NCBI RefSeq assembly: GCF_006345805.1 | Contig: NC_043006.1 | Location: 18,724,001 to 18,788,000, forward strand | Direction of reading: 5' to 3' | DNA: 64,000 nt | Source of the DNA: Octopus sinensis | Taxonomy: Eukaryota | Shown here: piece by piece, positions 38,214-53,880 of the stretch | Layout of the letters: every line of letters starts with the position of its first letter | How positions within the stretch are numbered: position 1 is the stretch's first letter | Translations under genes and position numbers: made by a program | The notes under the pieces: model-generated | What the model saw: the letters and a program-made list of their open reading frames with translations, nothing else | What the model was told of the DNA's origin: nothing | Database searches by the model: none

Positions 38214-38956
38214 CCTCTTTTATAAATCCATGGTAATTGTAGCTTTTAATTATTTTGCCAAAATTTATGTTTTCCATACATCTGCCCTACTTGACAATAC
38301 AATTTTTATTGATAGTTTTAACTCACTCATTGGATTTATACAGTATAAACTATCTTTCGTTCTTAGTATTTCATTTTGGTAAAATGCTGCTTTGAATTTG
38401 ACAGACACTTTAACTTTTAGTTAAAGAATCAAACAATAAGCAATCAATAGAGAAAGGTACAATACTGAGAGAATGAGGCGAAATTTATCAATAAAAATAA
38501 GGAGAGAAAATGAACTTCATAAGCGAAACTTTACTTCGCCTGATTTTTAATCACCTTCATAACTACGTCATTTCATATTGTGAATTTATAAACTTGGAAT
38601 TATCAGGAACGTTATAAGCTGCCTTTCCTACCTCACGTCTATAGAATTTATTTGTTGTTGGTCATGAGACTTTTAGATAAGGAATAAACCAAATAATTGA
38701 CACGCATTTCTGTAGTTATTTTACTGAAATAAATAGACATTCGTAAATAAACGCTACATCCAACAAATGACACTTGATATTTTCAGGTGACAGTATTTAG
38801 TAGAAGAATTCAGAATTCATTTCTACGTAGGTGTTTGTTTTGTTTAAATCCTCGAGCACATCTGAGAGTTAATCTATGCAAAAACTTCTTTTGAATCAAA
38901 TCACAAAATCCATTTTGCTGATTCGCTCAGAAAAGTTTCCATATCTTTTCTCTCAG

Positions 38957-39004
38957 TTATTATACACGACAAAGCACTCGGCTTCTTGAAAGCCACAAAC
39001 TTCA
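38957..39004 (+). CDS. Candidate 48-nt internal exon
   Basis: TCTTTTCTCTCAG acceptor and A|GTGAGT donor. Two frames are open (IIHDKALGFLKATNF or YYTRQSTRLLESHKL). Confidence 0.35.
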
Positions 39005-40312
39005 GTGAGTAAAAGAGAACTTTAAAACTTTCTCCTACCTCTTCATGAGTCAATAAGCGTGATTTAAAAGATATGCTTTTTAACTATTGAACATTTTGAC
39101 TATTTTGTTCATAAATACTTTTAATTTACTTTTAAAAAGTCGTTTTGCAATTAGTATTCCGTGAAGTAAAAATCAATGAGTAACTAGGATTTTCATACTT
39201 TGTTTTTTTTTTAAAGAAATTTTAAAAGTTTTGGTGTGCCAGTCATTGAGTGCCAGCCATTTGTACCTAGTCCTCTTCAATTTATCAAAGCCAAATTATT
39301 TTCATTCAGGAAACTATCAAAATTTGAAATACAGCTTTGCTTCTAGTTTTCGAAGAAACGGCGTATTAACTACTCTGTATTTCCACATCTATAATGTAAT
39401 TGTTGTACTTACCATATCTCCTGACGCATCTACCTACAGCGCAAATATCTTGTTCTTCTTTGCAACTACATCTTAACAACTTGAGATATACTTAGAACAA
39501 ACCCGTCTTCTGATCCTTGTGAAAAAAGATCTACTTTTTAAAAAAATTTCCAACTTAAATTCGCGTTCATTGTTCGAGCTATAGCATAACAAGAATCTTC
39601 TATGGTTCTATATTTTTGGCTGTTATAGTAGCAACTAAGTAACTTGCCATTAAGATTTAACTGATATTTCTAAATTTTTTATGCATATTGCAGATTATTT
39701 CTTCGTAGATTTCCTAATCTCATTCATGTATTCTAACGGCTCTCCCGATAAATAATAGCGTTTGAACATAAATCAGCATTTTAATATATTCCATGCCATA
39801 CTTTCATTTGCAAGTATACCACCACACAACAAATACCGGTGAAAGGATTTCCTTTGTCACCAGAAAATGTATAATCCAAGTTTCCTATAATATCCATTAT
39901 AATAGTGATGTTTAGAAATTCTCTATGTACTTCCCCCACCCACCCAATACACTATATTCAACATTGAAATGTTTGAATAATTCATCTGTTTGTAGTTCAA
40001 CCTGTACAATTTGGGATAGTTATCTTCAAGAGCATATATTTTATCATTTAAAAACTTACCAAAGACATGTACCGAGCAAATAAAATAATAAGTGCTAGTG
40101 AGTTGAGAGGAAGGCAGAGAGGAATAGAGAAGTAGTAACCAAAGGAAGATAAAGAGATATATATAGATAGAGGGAAAGTCAGATATAATGACAGGAGACA
40201 AAAAAGAAAGGTACGCAGATAGATAAAAGGATAGAAAAATAATAAAATGAAAATGGTATGAAAAGCAAAATAGAAATTTGAATATAAAGATGAAGAGAAG
40301 ATAGACACGACA

Positions 40313-40370
40313 CATAGATAGACACAAAACATAGATAGATAGATACATAGATAGATAGATAGATAGATAT

Positions 40371-40430
<60 letters not shown>

Positions 40431-40580
40431 ATCGATAGATGGATGGATGGATGGATGGATGGATGGATGGTTGGTGGATAAACAGATAAATAGATAAATA
40501 GATAGACAGACAAATAGATAGTCATGATAGATAGATAGATAGATAGACAGACAGACATACAGACAGATAGATAGATAGAT

Positions 40581-40623
<43 letters not shown>

Positions 40624-40649
40624 CATACATACATACATACATACATACA
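40313..40649. repeat. Compound (GATA)n/(GGAT)n/(CATA)n microsatellite
   Basis: Directly visible. Confidence 0.95.
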
Positions 40650-42611
40650 GATGTGACGAAAGTGAGCATCTTTGACGGACCGAACGTGTGATGTTAAATG
40701 GTCTAGATAGATGACCATTTATGAGAACTACCGAGCGAATGCTGCTGTGTAAACCAGCGATCCAACCAGAGAAGACTGGACCGTAAGCAGCCACCCTAAG
40801 GACAGCCTACAAGTATTGCTGGTCGACCCTATCAAAAGCTTTTGATTTATCCAAATTGAGCAACGTCCCATCCATGCCAGCTTCTTTAACTACTCTATCT
40901 ATGATGTAATGCATGAGATGGAGGTTGTCATGGATACTTCTGCCCGGCACGGTGTATGTTTGCGCTTTATCGACCAGTTTCTCGATGACAAGCACCAACC
41001 TCTCGGCTAGCACCTTGGCCTAAATTTTCAAATCTGCGTTGAGTGGAGTGATGGGCTGGAAATTATCTATAACGTTCCCCTTGTTCGGGTCTTTCTTTTG
41101 TAGTGTCACCGCTTCCGCTCCTCAGATCACAAAACTGTGGATACTCTCGTTTTGCTGCCAGTTGCAGTAGACAGTTGCCAAGACGTCTCCAAACAAGTCT
41201 GGCATATGACAATAAAGCCCGTAGGGCAGACCATCCAAGCCCGGCGACTAGTCTCTCGCGCAGCCTGCCATCGCATTCCATACATCAGCAATCTAATAGG
41301 GCTTTCACAAAACTCCGCCTCTCTTGCCGAAAGTCGTGGTAGGCCATGCTGGTAGGTACTAAAGTCCACCATGCGTTCTGACGCACGAGTTATTCCGAAC
41401 AGTCGGGCAAAGTGTTCAAAAGTCTCACACATCCTTTCAGCTCGAGTAATTAGCACCTGTTCATCCACCAAAGAATGGTGTCTTTGTTGCCACGTTGTGC
41501 CTTCACCACCCTCGCCTCTTGGGCGGCTGCAATTCCTTCGTTTCTCAGGGCACACCTCCTAGCTCTGATAACGCAACCTTTGTGTTTGGCGTTGACGTGT
41601 TGGTAAAGGGCCAACCTCGCCGCCAGTACGTCGGACGCGATGTCACTTTTAAGTGCCGCTTTTTTAACTTCTTAACTAGGTATCCCTCTATTCTATTTTG
41701 ATCTATCGCTAAAGCCTTGTTGCACCTAACCGATTCTGCTTTAATTGCCCTCTTTAAGGCAAACCTCCATTTGTTGTTGACGATGGCTCCCGTCAACGCC
41801 CTCTTAACTAATGTGCTAATCCAGTCTCCGTATGCCTGTCACACCGGGAACGATGCACTCAGCTTCCAGTAACCGGGACGCCACCTTTGATTCTTATCTA
41901 AGTCGAGCGTACAAGTCACACATTTGTGATCTGTATAGCTGACTATGTGAAATTGTGGAAAACCTACACTATCCCTATCCACAGTCCTACAGGTTACGCT
42001 ATGTAAATGCGATCTGAACGACCCGATGCGATTGGTCTATGTTCACATTGGCACATTCGGGTAATCCAGTCGGCACCTGTCAGATAGTTGGAAATGTTTG
42101 AGCAGGTCTTTGAGGCTTTTACATTCCCTTCTCTTCCTGTATCTACTTACATAGTCTAAATGCGTGTCCAAGGTAGCGTTGCAAATCCCACCAAGTGTAA
42201 AGGTCGAGACGTTCCCAGGAAAATCTCTAGACGTCGAAAGAAATCCGGCCGACCTAACAAGAACGGTGAGTGCACTGTCATTAGTCTGAAAGCACACCCA
42301 TTACTGCCACTGACATCCAAGACGACCAGCCTACCGTCCGGGTCTAGGAATATTGCCCTTATTTTGAGATTCCGACTCTTCCGAAAACGCATTGCAGTAC
42401 CACCACCGCCCATTCTCATCAGACACGGGGAAAATAATTGTCGAATTGTCTGCCGAACATGGGCTGGAGGGTTCACGGGTTTAAGTGTTTGCTTTCGCTG
42501 ATGGCTCTGATATCTACATTTTGTGACTTGATTTTGTGGCTTTATTCTGGAAACTTAAAGATGAAGGGACCAAATTCAATTTCAATTGGAAACTCCTCCC
42601 TTAATCCAGAC
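40650..42611 (-). mobile_element. L1/Tx1-like LINE ORF2 relic (AP endonuclease to mid-RT)
   Basis: GGGGTAMRFRK..FLDPDGRLVVLDVSGSNGCAFRL (ORF 42156..42476), GRSIHDNLHLM..LDKSKAFDRVDQQYL (40807..41013) and RSVRQRCSLSSHLYV. Broken by stops and frameshifts. Confidence 0.9.
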
Positions 42612-43054
42612 CCTGTATTAACGAGTCTAGATAACGCTCGGTGTTTTCGCTTGAAAAACTCTATCTATTACTCTTGAGAACCTCCAATTAATACATAACT
42701 TCAAGGAACGCGATTTTTTCTCTATGTCCATATTTAGAAAAATACATCTTGTCGGAATTTAATAGTAGACCACTGCACACTTAATGAACCATTAATGCTG
42801 GTTTGCGTCTGCTTAACATCGAATTATTATGGTTATCTCCCTTGAGTTTTTCCTTTTTCTTCTTTATTGTTTAAAAGTTATCTGACAAAACGATCTTGAT
42901 TTCAGCCTTGATAAATGGTGGAATAATTTGTTGTTTCGAGCAGGAAAGCCTGGGCAGCTAGTTGCAAGATTTGTGATTTATAATTTCAATTATCTTTATT
43001 TAGTTGATAGAAGCTTTTCTACTTGATAAAGCATTACCATATATATATACATAT

Positions 43055-43134
<80 letters not shown>

Positions 43135-43267
43135 CATGCATGTATACTTATTTATTCACAAGTGTATATGTGTATGTATGACTCAGTGTGTGCGTGTGTG
43201 TGCGCGCGCGTGAAACAGAGAGAGAGAGAGTGTGTGTGTGTGTGTATTCTCTTTTCTTTTATTCTCT

Positions 43268-43466
43268 TTTACTTGTTTCAGTTATTTGACCGCGGTCATG
43301 CTGGAGCACCGCCTTTAGTCGAGCAAATTGACCCCGGGACTTATTCTTTGTAAGCCCAGTACTTATTCTATCGGTCTCTTTTGCCGAACCGCTAAGTGAC
43401 GGGGACGTAAACACACCTGCATCGGTTGTCAAGCAATGCTAGGGGGACAAACACAGACACACAAAC

Positions 43467-43536
<70 letters not shown>

Positions 43537-43690
43537 TACGACAGGCTTCTTTCAGTTTCCGTCTACCAAATCCACTCACAAGGCATTGGTCGGCCCGGGG
43601 CAATAGCAGAAGACACTTGCCCAAGATGCCACGCAGTGGGACTGAACCCGGAATGATGTGGTTGGTTTGCAAGCTACTTACCACTCCTGC
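43268..43690. mobile_element. Two SINE fragments separated by (CA)/(TA) repeats
   Basis: Typical SINE segments CATGCTGGAGCACCGCC and AGACACTTGCCCAAG..GGGACTGAACC. Confidence 0.75.
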
Positions 43691-43716
43691 GCCTCCTGCA
43701 TTATTTGTACTATTTA

Positions 43717-43968
43717 TTATTTGAGATTCCGACTCTTCCGAAAACGGATTGCAGTACCACCACCGCCCATTCCCATCAGACACGGGGAAAATAATTGTCG
43801 AATTGTCTGCCGAACATGGGCTGGAGGGTCCACGGGTTTAAATGTTTGCTTTCGCTGATGGCTCTGATATCTACATGTTGTGACTTGATTTTGTGGCTTT
43901 ATTCTGGAAGCTTGAAGATGAAGGGACCAAATTCAATTTCAATTGGAAACTCCTCCCTTAATCCAGAC
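43717..43968 (-). repeat. Local duplicate of 42359-42611 (Tx1 endonuclease start)
   Basis: Near-identical ORFs 42438..42677 and 43795..44052; both copies share the TTAATCCAGAC boundary. Confidence 0.9.
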
Positions 43969-44330
43969 ACTTTGTATTTCGTATCATACTGGAATAATAA
44001 AATAAGTACCAGAAAAATACCTAGAATTGGGAGTCAGGAGGCAATCCATTAAATGTGATGTCACAGCGTAGCAAGTTCAAAGATAAAATGAAAGTATGTA
44101 CGTGTTATTAAAATAATGCATATTAGATAAGTTAAAATTCAAATTAAAATGCTATGCGATTTTCTTCGTCGTGAAAAAATTATTTTATAATTTGAATACC
44201 TTTAGGTATTCAGTTTTCAATCAAAATCGTGAGTATTGAATTATTTTATTCATCTCTTCAAAATGTCATTGCATAGCGGTATTTGTAACCTTCCATATTC
44301 AGTATTTCATTGAAAATTATTCTAATATAT

Positions 44331-45791
<1,461 letters not shown>

Positions 45792-46159
45792 GCATGTATG
45801 TATGTATGTATGTAGAATATGGGGGTATAGTTCACTGGTGATCTAAACGAATTGGTAAGCTGGGTAAGTGCTGTAACAGGTTATAAAGGTTCCAAGCTCG
45901 TAATGGACGGGAGATATGGATCCATTTTAGGTTTCCGATTTAGCAGATAGATATATTTGTGAAAGAGGACAACAAATGACGAGGCATAACATGCATCTCA
46001 AGTGTTACATCAATTTATATTATTCTTAAGTTAGTTGAAGCCTTACAGATGTTTTTTGGAATATCCCAAGTTATAGGTGAGCATGCCAGACTATGGAGTA
46101 TTCTGTCATCGGACAAGTAGGGAACATATGAAAGACGGTATGGATGTTAGTCTGTATGT

Positions 46160-46191
<32 letters not shown>

Positions 46192-46193
<2 letters not shown>

Positions 46194-46570
46194 AAGCACT
46201 CCGTCGGTTACGACGACGAGGGTTCCGGTTGATCCGATCAACGGAACAGCCTGCTCGTGAAATTAACGTGTAAGTGGCTGAGCATTCCACAGACACGTGT
46301 ACCCTTAACGTAGTTCTCGGGGATATTCAGCGTGACACAGAGAGTGACAAGGTCGGCCCCTTGAAATACAGGTACAACAGAAACAGGAAGTAAGAATGAG
46401 AGAAAGTTGTGGTGAAAGAGTACAGCAGGATCACCACCATCCCCTGCCGGGCCTCGTGGAGCTTTAGGTGTTTTTCGCTCATAAACACTCACAACGCCTG
46501 GTCTGGGAATCGAAACCGCGATCCTGCGACCGCGTGTCCGCTGCCCTAACCACTGGGCCATTGCGCTTCC
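46192..46570 (-). mobile_element. About 385-bp SINE inserted in a (TA)n tract
   Basis: Reverse complement of 34643-35029. Confidence 0.93.
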
Positions 46571-46572
46571 AT

Positions 46573-46616
<44 letters not shown>

Positions 46617-46723
46617 TATATATAATTATGTATTATATATATGTATATATATGCATATATATATATATTAATATATAATATATATATATAATATATATTA
46701 TATATATATATATGTATGTATAT

Positions 46724-47065
46724 GATTGATTGATTGATTGATTGATTGATTCTAGTTTCAGCTCACGAGCTGTAGCCATGCTGAGGCACCGCCATTTGGT
46801 GTTGCTACATAGTTTTACTTCACGAATGCTTTTTAGCAACTGCCATTTGGTGCATGAGAGAGTTCGATTCAGCTGTCCTCATCTGCACCTCCTGCCGTGA
46901 AGTTGGTTCATCTGGGATACCTGACAAGAAGAGATCCAGTTTCATTTTAAAGACATCTGCATCCATCCCATGCAGGTCACTTAGGTTCTTCGGGAGGATA
47001 TTGAAGAGCTGTGGGCCTCGGAAGCCCAGGCTATCACAGTATCTTGTCCTACATCTTGATGGCAA
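46724..47065 (-). mobile_element. CR1/L2-group LINE 3' end with (AATC)n tail
   Basis: ORF 46820..47113 contains SLGFRGPQLFNILP..FKMKLDLFLSGIPDEP, followed by a short UTR and an (AATC)n tail. Confidence 0.8.
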
Positions 47066-49628
47066 ATTTATATATATATAAACAGGAAATGGAGAAATAT
47101 TGATGAACAACAATTGATTTACATCAATTATTAATTATGTAACATATGGTGTAATCATAAACAGGCTAAATTTTAGCCATTTCTCTGCAGACTGACTAGG
47201 TTCTCATCAGAGTCGACCACATCATTCTATATCATCTATATCATGCTGTATACAATTTCAACAGAAATACATTCAACCGCATAATAAATCGATAGAAAAT
47301 TAATATAAAGTTGAGGGAATTTGGAGGGATAATTACCTACATATTTCATTCTCTCGTAATAAATTTTCATATTGCCAAACAAGAACAGTTCTTATTTATG
47401 GAGTTCAACAAACAAAAATATCTCACCTCTAGCATGTTAAAGCTTACAAAATTATATGTTATTCTTATCATATTATTCTTATAAATATTTATTCTTAATA
47501 AATATTTATAAAATTCTTCTATTAAATATAATATCTAATTATCTTAAGGCTGTTATTGAAACACAAATATTGCGCACGTTTAAATTATATTTTACCACGC
47601 AGTTACGATACATTTTCAGCAGATACTTTACTTGTATTTTTCACTTCAAAATTTATGAGCTTGATTGTGGCCGACATTAATCAGCCGCCTTCACTATATA
47701 CGTAAAATAAATAGATGATATTTATGATATTTATATACAAAAGAATTTTTTTTAAAAACTGTGCCAATTTACCAAACTGCATACTACTTGTGAATTCATT
47801 TTTATAGAGTGTGTTTTTCTCTTAGCTGAGAAATAGTTGTAATTACTGCCCAGACACAAAGATGCAGAGACAAATGCACATACAAATGGATAGATCGATA
47901 CAGATACGTGTATAAAAAGTTATAAAGATAAAATGGCTGAAAGATAATACGCACAGAGATATGCAGGGATACAGCACATACACGGAGTATATATATGTAC
48001 ACACACACACAAACATATAAAGTCCTATCATTTAATAAATTGTTGAGGCATAATGATGGCAAATTTTGTGTTGTATAAATAGCAGTACTGAGCTGAAGCC
48101 CAGCTATAAATATGCAGCAGGAAAGGAAGCCATGCAGTAACCAATTCTACCCTAATCTCACCAATATTAACTGGAAATGCATTAATTCTAATTATTGCTG
48201 TTCTAAAGTTTTATTCAATTTTTAATTTGTTTTAATTTATATTTAGATCAATTAATTTGTTTCCTTTTAATTACTTGCTGTTTACGTGTTACATTGAGGA
48301 GCCAAGTTTGTCATCGATAGCTCAATTAATAAATCATAAATTATCGGACGTAAGATTATATTGATATGATGGATCCTGAGTGCAGATATTAAATCTATTT
48401 GATTTTAATTACGTTGCAGAAGATAATGTCAAAGTGGCGACAAATGTGTTAGTGTGAAGCAACATCAGGAATTTGTCATATAGTTCAAATCAATAAAGCC
48501 GTAGAAATCGACAGTTATTTCTTTCCAGCAAGAGTTTTTACCCATAACAGTAATCGTAAAGCGTCAAGTGAATCGATATAATTTCTCTTTAAATTGAAGC
48601 GACAGCTGTTCATATTTCGCAAATATGACTGTTGTCTTGATAACTGCCATTGAAAAGAGCTCCTAGCTTTGCATATCTAATCTCAGATTAAGTACTCAAA
48701 AAAAATCAGAGATATTGTATAATGAAGTCCTAGATAAACTCTCGATGAAACAAACGTGATTGGATGTATTTAATATAGATGTGATTTGAGGTTAAACAGG
48801 TTCATCGAAGTGGTGCAACTTATAAATGATCGAGCAAACCCAAATGCATAATTTACGTCTATGAGTGTTAGTCATATGAAGATCAGAGCTTACAGAAGTG
48901 AGAAATTTTCCTGAAGACAAAACTAATGAACAACTGAGGTAAAAACTAGAAGTTAAAGTTTTTGTCTCAATTCAAAACGTGCGGGCATTTAAAATCATAC
49001 GAACGTGTTCTGACCAGTCATAAGTGGCTTCTCTACTTTTAGGAGGTAACGGGTAGTGTGGAATACCTATTTCTTTCGCAGTGGCACCTGAATAGAGTAA
49101 ATGAAGTGGTATCATTTATTAAGAATGGAAGCAGTGTTGCTGTTATTTTGGCATTTCTGGTGCTTACATTTTTTCTTGAATGTAGAGAAATGAACTATGA
49201 TATTTCTTAATACTGGGAAACTAATGAAGCAATGATCATACCTCCAAGGGAAGAGACAAAGTTATAAAAAAAGAAAAATCTTCTATGTAAATAATTTCTG
49301 TTTGAGTGTTCATTTACTTAAATCTGGTAACTTTCCTGAAGTTATTAAATGATCAAATAGAAAAAGAAAAGAAAACTTATATTTTCAGATATATTAAAAC
49401 ATTTCCCTTTGAATTGCGTTAATATGTCTACGCATACAGTCCAGTTTTAAAGTGTTCCTAGTGTCAGTAAATGTAAGTAACAACATAATTGACAATTATT
49501 GTCTTTTTATTCTTTGTTTTTGTCATTGGTGAGAAAGTGTTATTTCCTTTTTGCTTTAATTTAGAAATCGAAGGAAATGATTACTATTCTCTTCAAATTT
49601 TGCTTTTGTGATCTGGACAAATATCGTT

Positions 49629-49795
49629 ATAGCAGATATACTGCTCAATACCAAAGATTTGCTTGTCAGTTGCTTGATCTTTACCATTTGAGCATGTCCC
49701 CCTAGTGGCCGATAACATGTGCATCTGTGATCACGATGAGCAGTAGTGGGGGAGCATCATAGCCAGTTGTTGAGAGGGATTCTTTGGGGTTTTAA
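49629..49795 (+). mobile_element. Internal fragment of the 554-bp element, old
   Basis: Aligns with about 12378-12545. Confidence 0.75.
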
Positions 49796-50159
49796 TAAAT
49801 GTAGCAAAAGCAAAGTTTGAAGGAAATATTAACAATTTTGCATACTTTCTAGGGGTAAGCAAATAGTAAGGAACAGATGCTACCCAAGGACAAAAGGTGA
49901 GTTATACAGCGTTATTTGAAACTCAGTCCTAAAAATGGAAAGATTCAAAAGGCAGAAGTTAGTTTTACTGGTTCGTACGGAGGGAAATTTGTGAAATTAG
50001 AAAGACATGCAAAAAGCGATTCAAGTAATAGAGTTATATAGAAACGTGGGATTTCTCAATTTTGCCAGTTGAGCAGACTGGAGCAACGTGAAATGAAGTA
50101 GCATAATGCAAAAGATATATATATATATATTGGAAGGTTTGGAGATGATGTACAGGCAT

Positions 50160-50378
50160 TATATATTAGAAGAAATGAGGTAATCAGAAGATCGGATGGT
50201 TCATATTTACAGATATTTATTTATATATTACATTTTTTACATATATATATCATATCATTCAGATCATTCAATGATCTGCATGATATGATATATATATGTA
50301 AAAAATGTAACATATAAATAAATATCTGTAAATATGAACCATCCGATCTTCTGATTACCTCATTTCTTCTAATATATA
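50160..50378. repeat. 219-bp near-perfect palindrome
   Basis: 109-bp arms, 1-nt centre at 50269, two mismatches. Confidence 0.95.
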
Positions 50379-50426
50379 TATATATTATATATATATAGAT
50401 AGATAGACAGACAGATAGATAGATAT

Positions 50427-50489
<63 letters not shown>

Positions 50490-53225
50490 TATAGATAGGT
50501 AGATAGATAGATAGATAGGTAGATAGATAGATAGATAGATTGATAGACAGACAGACAGACAGACAGACAGATAGATAGATATATCGAATACAGAAAGCCA
50601 AATATTTACAATGCAAATTTCACTGGGAACAAAATAACTACATAGCTGAGCAAGGGGAAGACAAATGAAAGTTAGAATGTAACTGAGAGTGCTAATGTTG
50701 GCCAAGGAGGAAAATATTGATGATACAGAATATTTAATTTGGAATTCAGCCAAGCAGTTAATAACTTAAACAACAAACAATAATTATTAAGTGGTGAAGT
50801 AATGAAGAAGAAAACCGTTTGAATAGAAAGACAGAAATAAAGAACATTTGGGATCTTCGTGGCAAACATTTGCTGTCGTCATTCAGAGCACAGTGTTGCA
50901 TGTGTTTAGGTATAGTATTTTCGGATCATTTAGTAAAACCAGTTAATTTTAGAACTACAAGAACTACTGTTGATGAAAGTGTTTCAGTGCGCTGTTTCTC
51001 AATACACTTTTGGAAACCTTGCAAAACATGAATAACAAAAACATTTCTGTCATCATTGAAAATCAAACTGTGATAATTTTACTAAAAAAATATCGAAAGG
51101 AAACATATTTAATTGGGCAAAGGTATACGTTATCCAGAGAGTGAGATCAATCATATGTAAGAACCTTTTTCACTTTAAAATGTTTTATTCACAGTCATCG
51201 CTTGATTTTAACACCTTTATTAAGGGATGCATAGTGTGGCTGACCGTAGCCGAGAAAGGCAAAACGCTCAACGAATATGTAAAGCATTAGAAAACACAAT
51301 ATACTTGTGAGCTATATGAAACGAAATATATCTGTAATTATCGTGGTACCTGGTTACGTAAGTAACCTTTCCTGCACCAATTTTGAGAAGGCGAGCTTCA
51401 CAAAACCAAAAAGTGCATATTAAATAAATCAATTAAAATATCACACCGGAAGTGTTTTTATCTGCAATGAGTACCAAGAAAGAGGTGAAGATATATAGAG
51501 ATATTTATGCCAATATATGGACATATGTATTTGTACAAATGCATAATTCTATGTAGATTAGAATATGCGACGATATCCATACTTGCACATATACAAATTA
51601 TGATGATACATTCGTTCACCCGTTCACTCATGGATTGATTGATTGATTGGTTCATTCATTCATTCGTTCGTTCGTTCATAAATACATTCATGCACGCATA
51701 CCTATACGCATGGATACTTGGTCGATGGTATTAAATTCCAATAAAGTAACGATGTTCCGAGTTTAGAAACCAGCTTTTTCCTCTATTGAGTAGAAATTTA
51801 AAAAGTAAGATTTGAATAACATTCATGCAATTATAAACCTACTCAAACATTCTTATATGAGCGTGAACGTTTATGCTTCAGTATGTCAATAACTGTATTT
51901 GAATACCAAAGATTAAGATGAACACCCATCAATATTTCAATAAATTAAAGAAAAATACTTTCTTTCGAGATCGATGGATAACTATAAGCAAGGAAATGGT
52001 AATAATTTTTTCATATATAATGATTTAGTTTGGTAAATCATCTATTCCTTTCCTGAATACATATGTAACATTTTCCCTCGGATTCTATATGCTATGCAAC
52101 AGTGACAAAGTATATCCTTAGTTTATGACCTGAAAGGAGATGTTGTATATAACCCTATTCAATCACATTTCTCTAAACCCTATCATTTTCCCTCAACACT
52201 ATCTTAAGATAAGGGTATAGATCGATTGACTAGGACACCATTCAACAACCTAAGGCATTGTTATTGCAGATGTAGTTCGGAATTGATCCGAAAAATATTT
52301 CTAGATCAACGTTTAATCCTGTTATCAACTTTAAAAATTTAGTTGTGTTAGCTATAAGCTAAAATTTCTGATATTGTTCTCTGAAAAGATGTCGAAGAAT
52401 TTTTTTTTTTTCGGTCATTAAGAAAATCTTTTCTCATTTATAATATATTTATAATCATGTTCGATGTTACCGAAAAACGAATTTATTGACATACACAACT
52501 TTCTATCGGCCAACACCCCACAAACAAATAATTTTCCTATTTTCCTCCTCTGTCTCTGCTTCCTATGCAGCCATTCCTCCGGTCTACCTTCAGAAAATCT
52601 AATTATCGTTTACATAGTTCCATCTACTCCCCATAAAAAAAGAAGCAAACTCATCAATGAGTATTTAAAGCCAAAACGGATGCTAGTAAATTATAACGTA
52701 TACTATGATGAGAACGAGCCAGTCCAAAGTTCGAAATTAGTCTCAGACTTTACTTTGTAAAAGTTAATAAGCATATCCTCTACAAAATAATTAATAAGTA
52801 CCCTTTCAATTTAATGTTAAATTGTTTATACATACATGCAATCACACAGACACACATATATAAATAAATAAATTGTTAGAAATACATTCATATATATATA
52901 TATATGAGTTCATTGCTAAACCTCGCTAAGATAAATATTTCAATCACCTGAAGATTGACTGTAACCATAACTCGAATTATTACGAATTGGACAGCCATGA
53001 AACGATCGTAGTGTTTTACTCATTATCTTTTATTAAACTTTTAATAATTTTGATATATATTTAAAATAATATAAATTAATTAATTTTATGTATTGGCTTA
53101 AGTTTTTCATTGTTTCATTTGCCTAATAGTGGTTTTATCTCTAATTTAATATAATATATATATATATATATATATGAACATACATTCATATATATATATA
53201 TATATATATATATAAACATACATTC

Positions 53226-53275
<50 letters not shown>

Positions 53276-53276
<1 letters not shown>

Positions 53277-53880
53277 GAGGGTAAGTCAAAAATTATCCGT
53301 ACTTTCGGCATAACATTATTTTTATTATTGTCACACTGTCGTCTACGCATACATACTTATAGTTGGTACTATTGTGGTCACGTGATCGAAGTTTGAGCCT
53401 GATCGCGACATTTTTTTCTTTCTGGCTTTACAGAGAAAGCGTGGTCTTTCCACTATCAATGTGCACCAAAGAAGAACAAAGAGCAGTGATCCGATTTCTC
53501 TGGTCGGAAGGTGTGTCAGGTGCAGAAATTCATCGGAAGCTTTTTACTGCAATACAGGTACAGTGCACTACCACGTATAAGTGTGTATGAGTGGATTGAG
53601 AAGTTTAAAAGTGGCCGGACAACCATGACGCATGAAGAGAGAGGAGGCCGCCTGTCAACCTCCACCACTTATGAGAAGATTCAGCAAGCTCGAGAGATGG
53701 TAATGGTGAACCGGCGAATTATCATCGATTAGGTACCTCGTTCTCTGCAGATTAGTCAAGATGTGCTCGGCTTCCATAAAGTTTGTGCACGATGAGTACC
53801 AAGAGAGCTTGCTGCAGAGCATAAGCGCAAACCTCTTGAGGCCTACCAACGTTTACTCGACCACTACAACAATGACGTAG
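53276..53880 (+). mobile_element. Mariner 5' half, degenerate
   Basis: TA-CGAGGGTAAGTCAAAA end after (TA)n; MCTKEEQRAVIRFLWSEGVSGAEIHRKL and VYEWIEKFKSGRT..HEERGGR; KVCAR*VPR motif; truncated. Confidence 0.88.

Noticed and set aside
39923-40718. Longest ORFs in the track (248 aa and 179 aa)
   Set aside because: Mostly translation of (TATC)n/(TATG)n microsatellite (IYLS, MYVC repeats); no protein signal.
52464-52760. 98-aa ORF with a strong internal acceptor-like site
   Set aside because: No recognisable domain, and three alternative terminal-exon readings are equally possible; cannot be supported without expression data.
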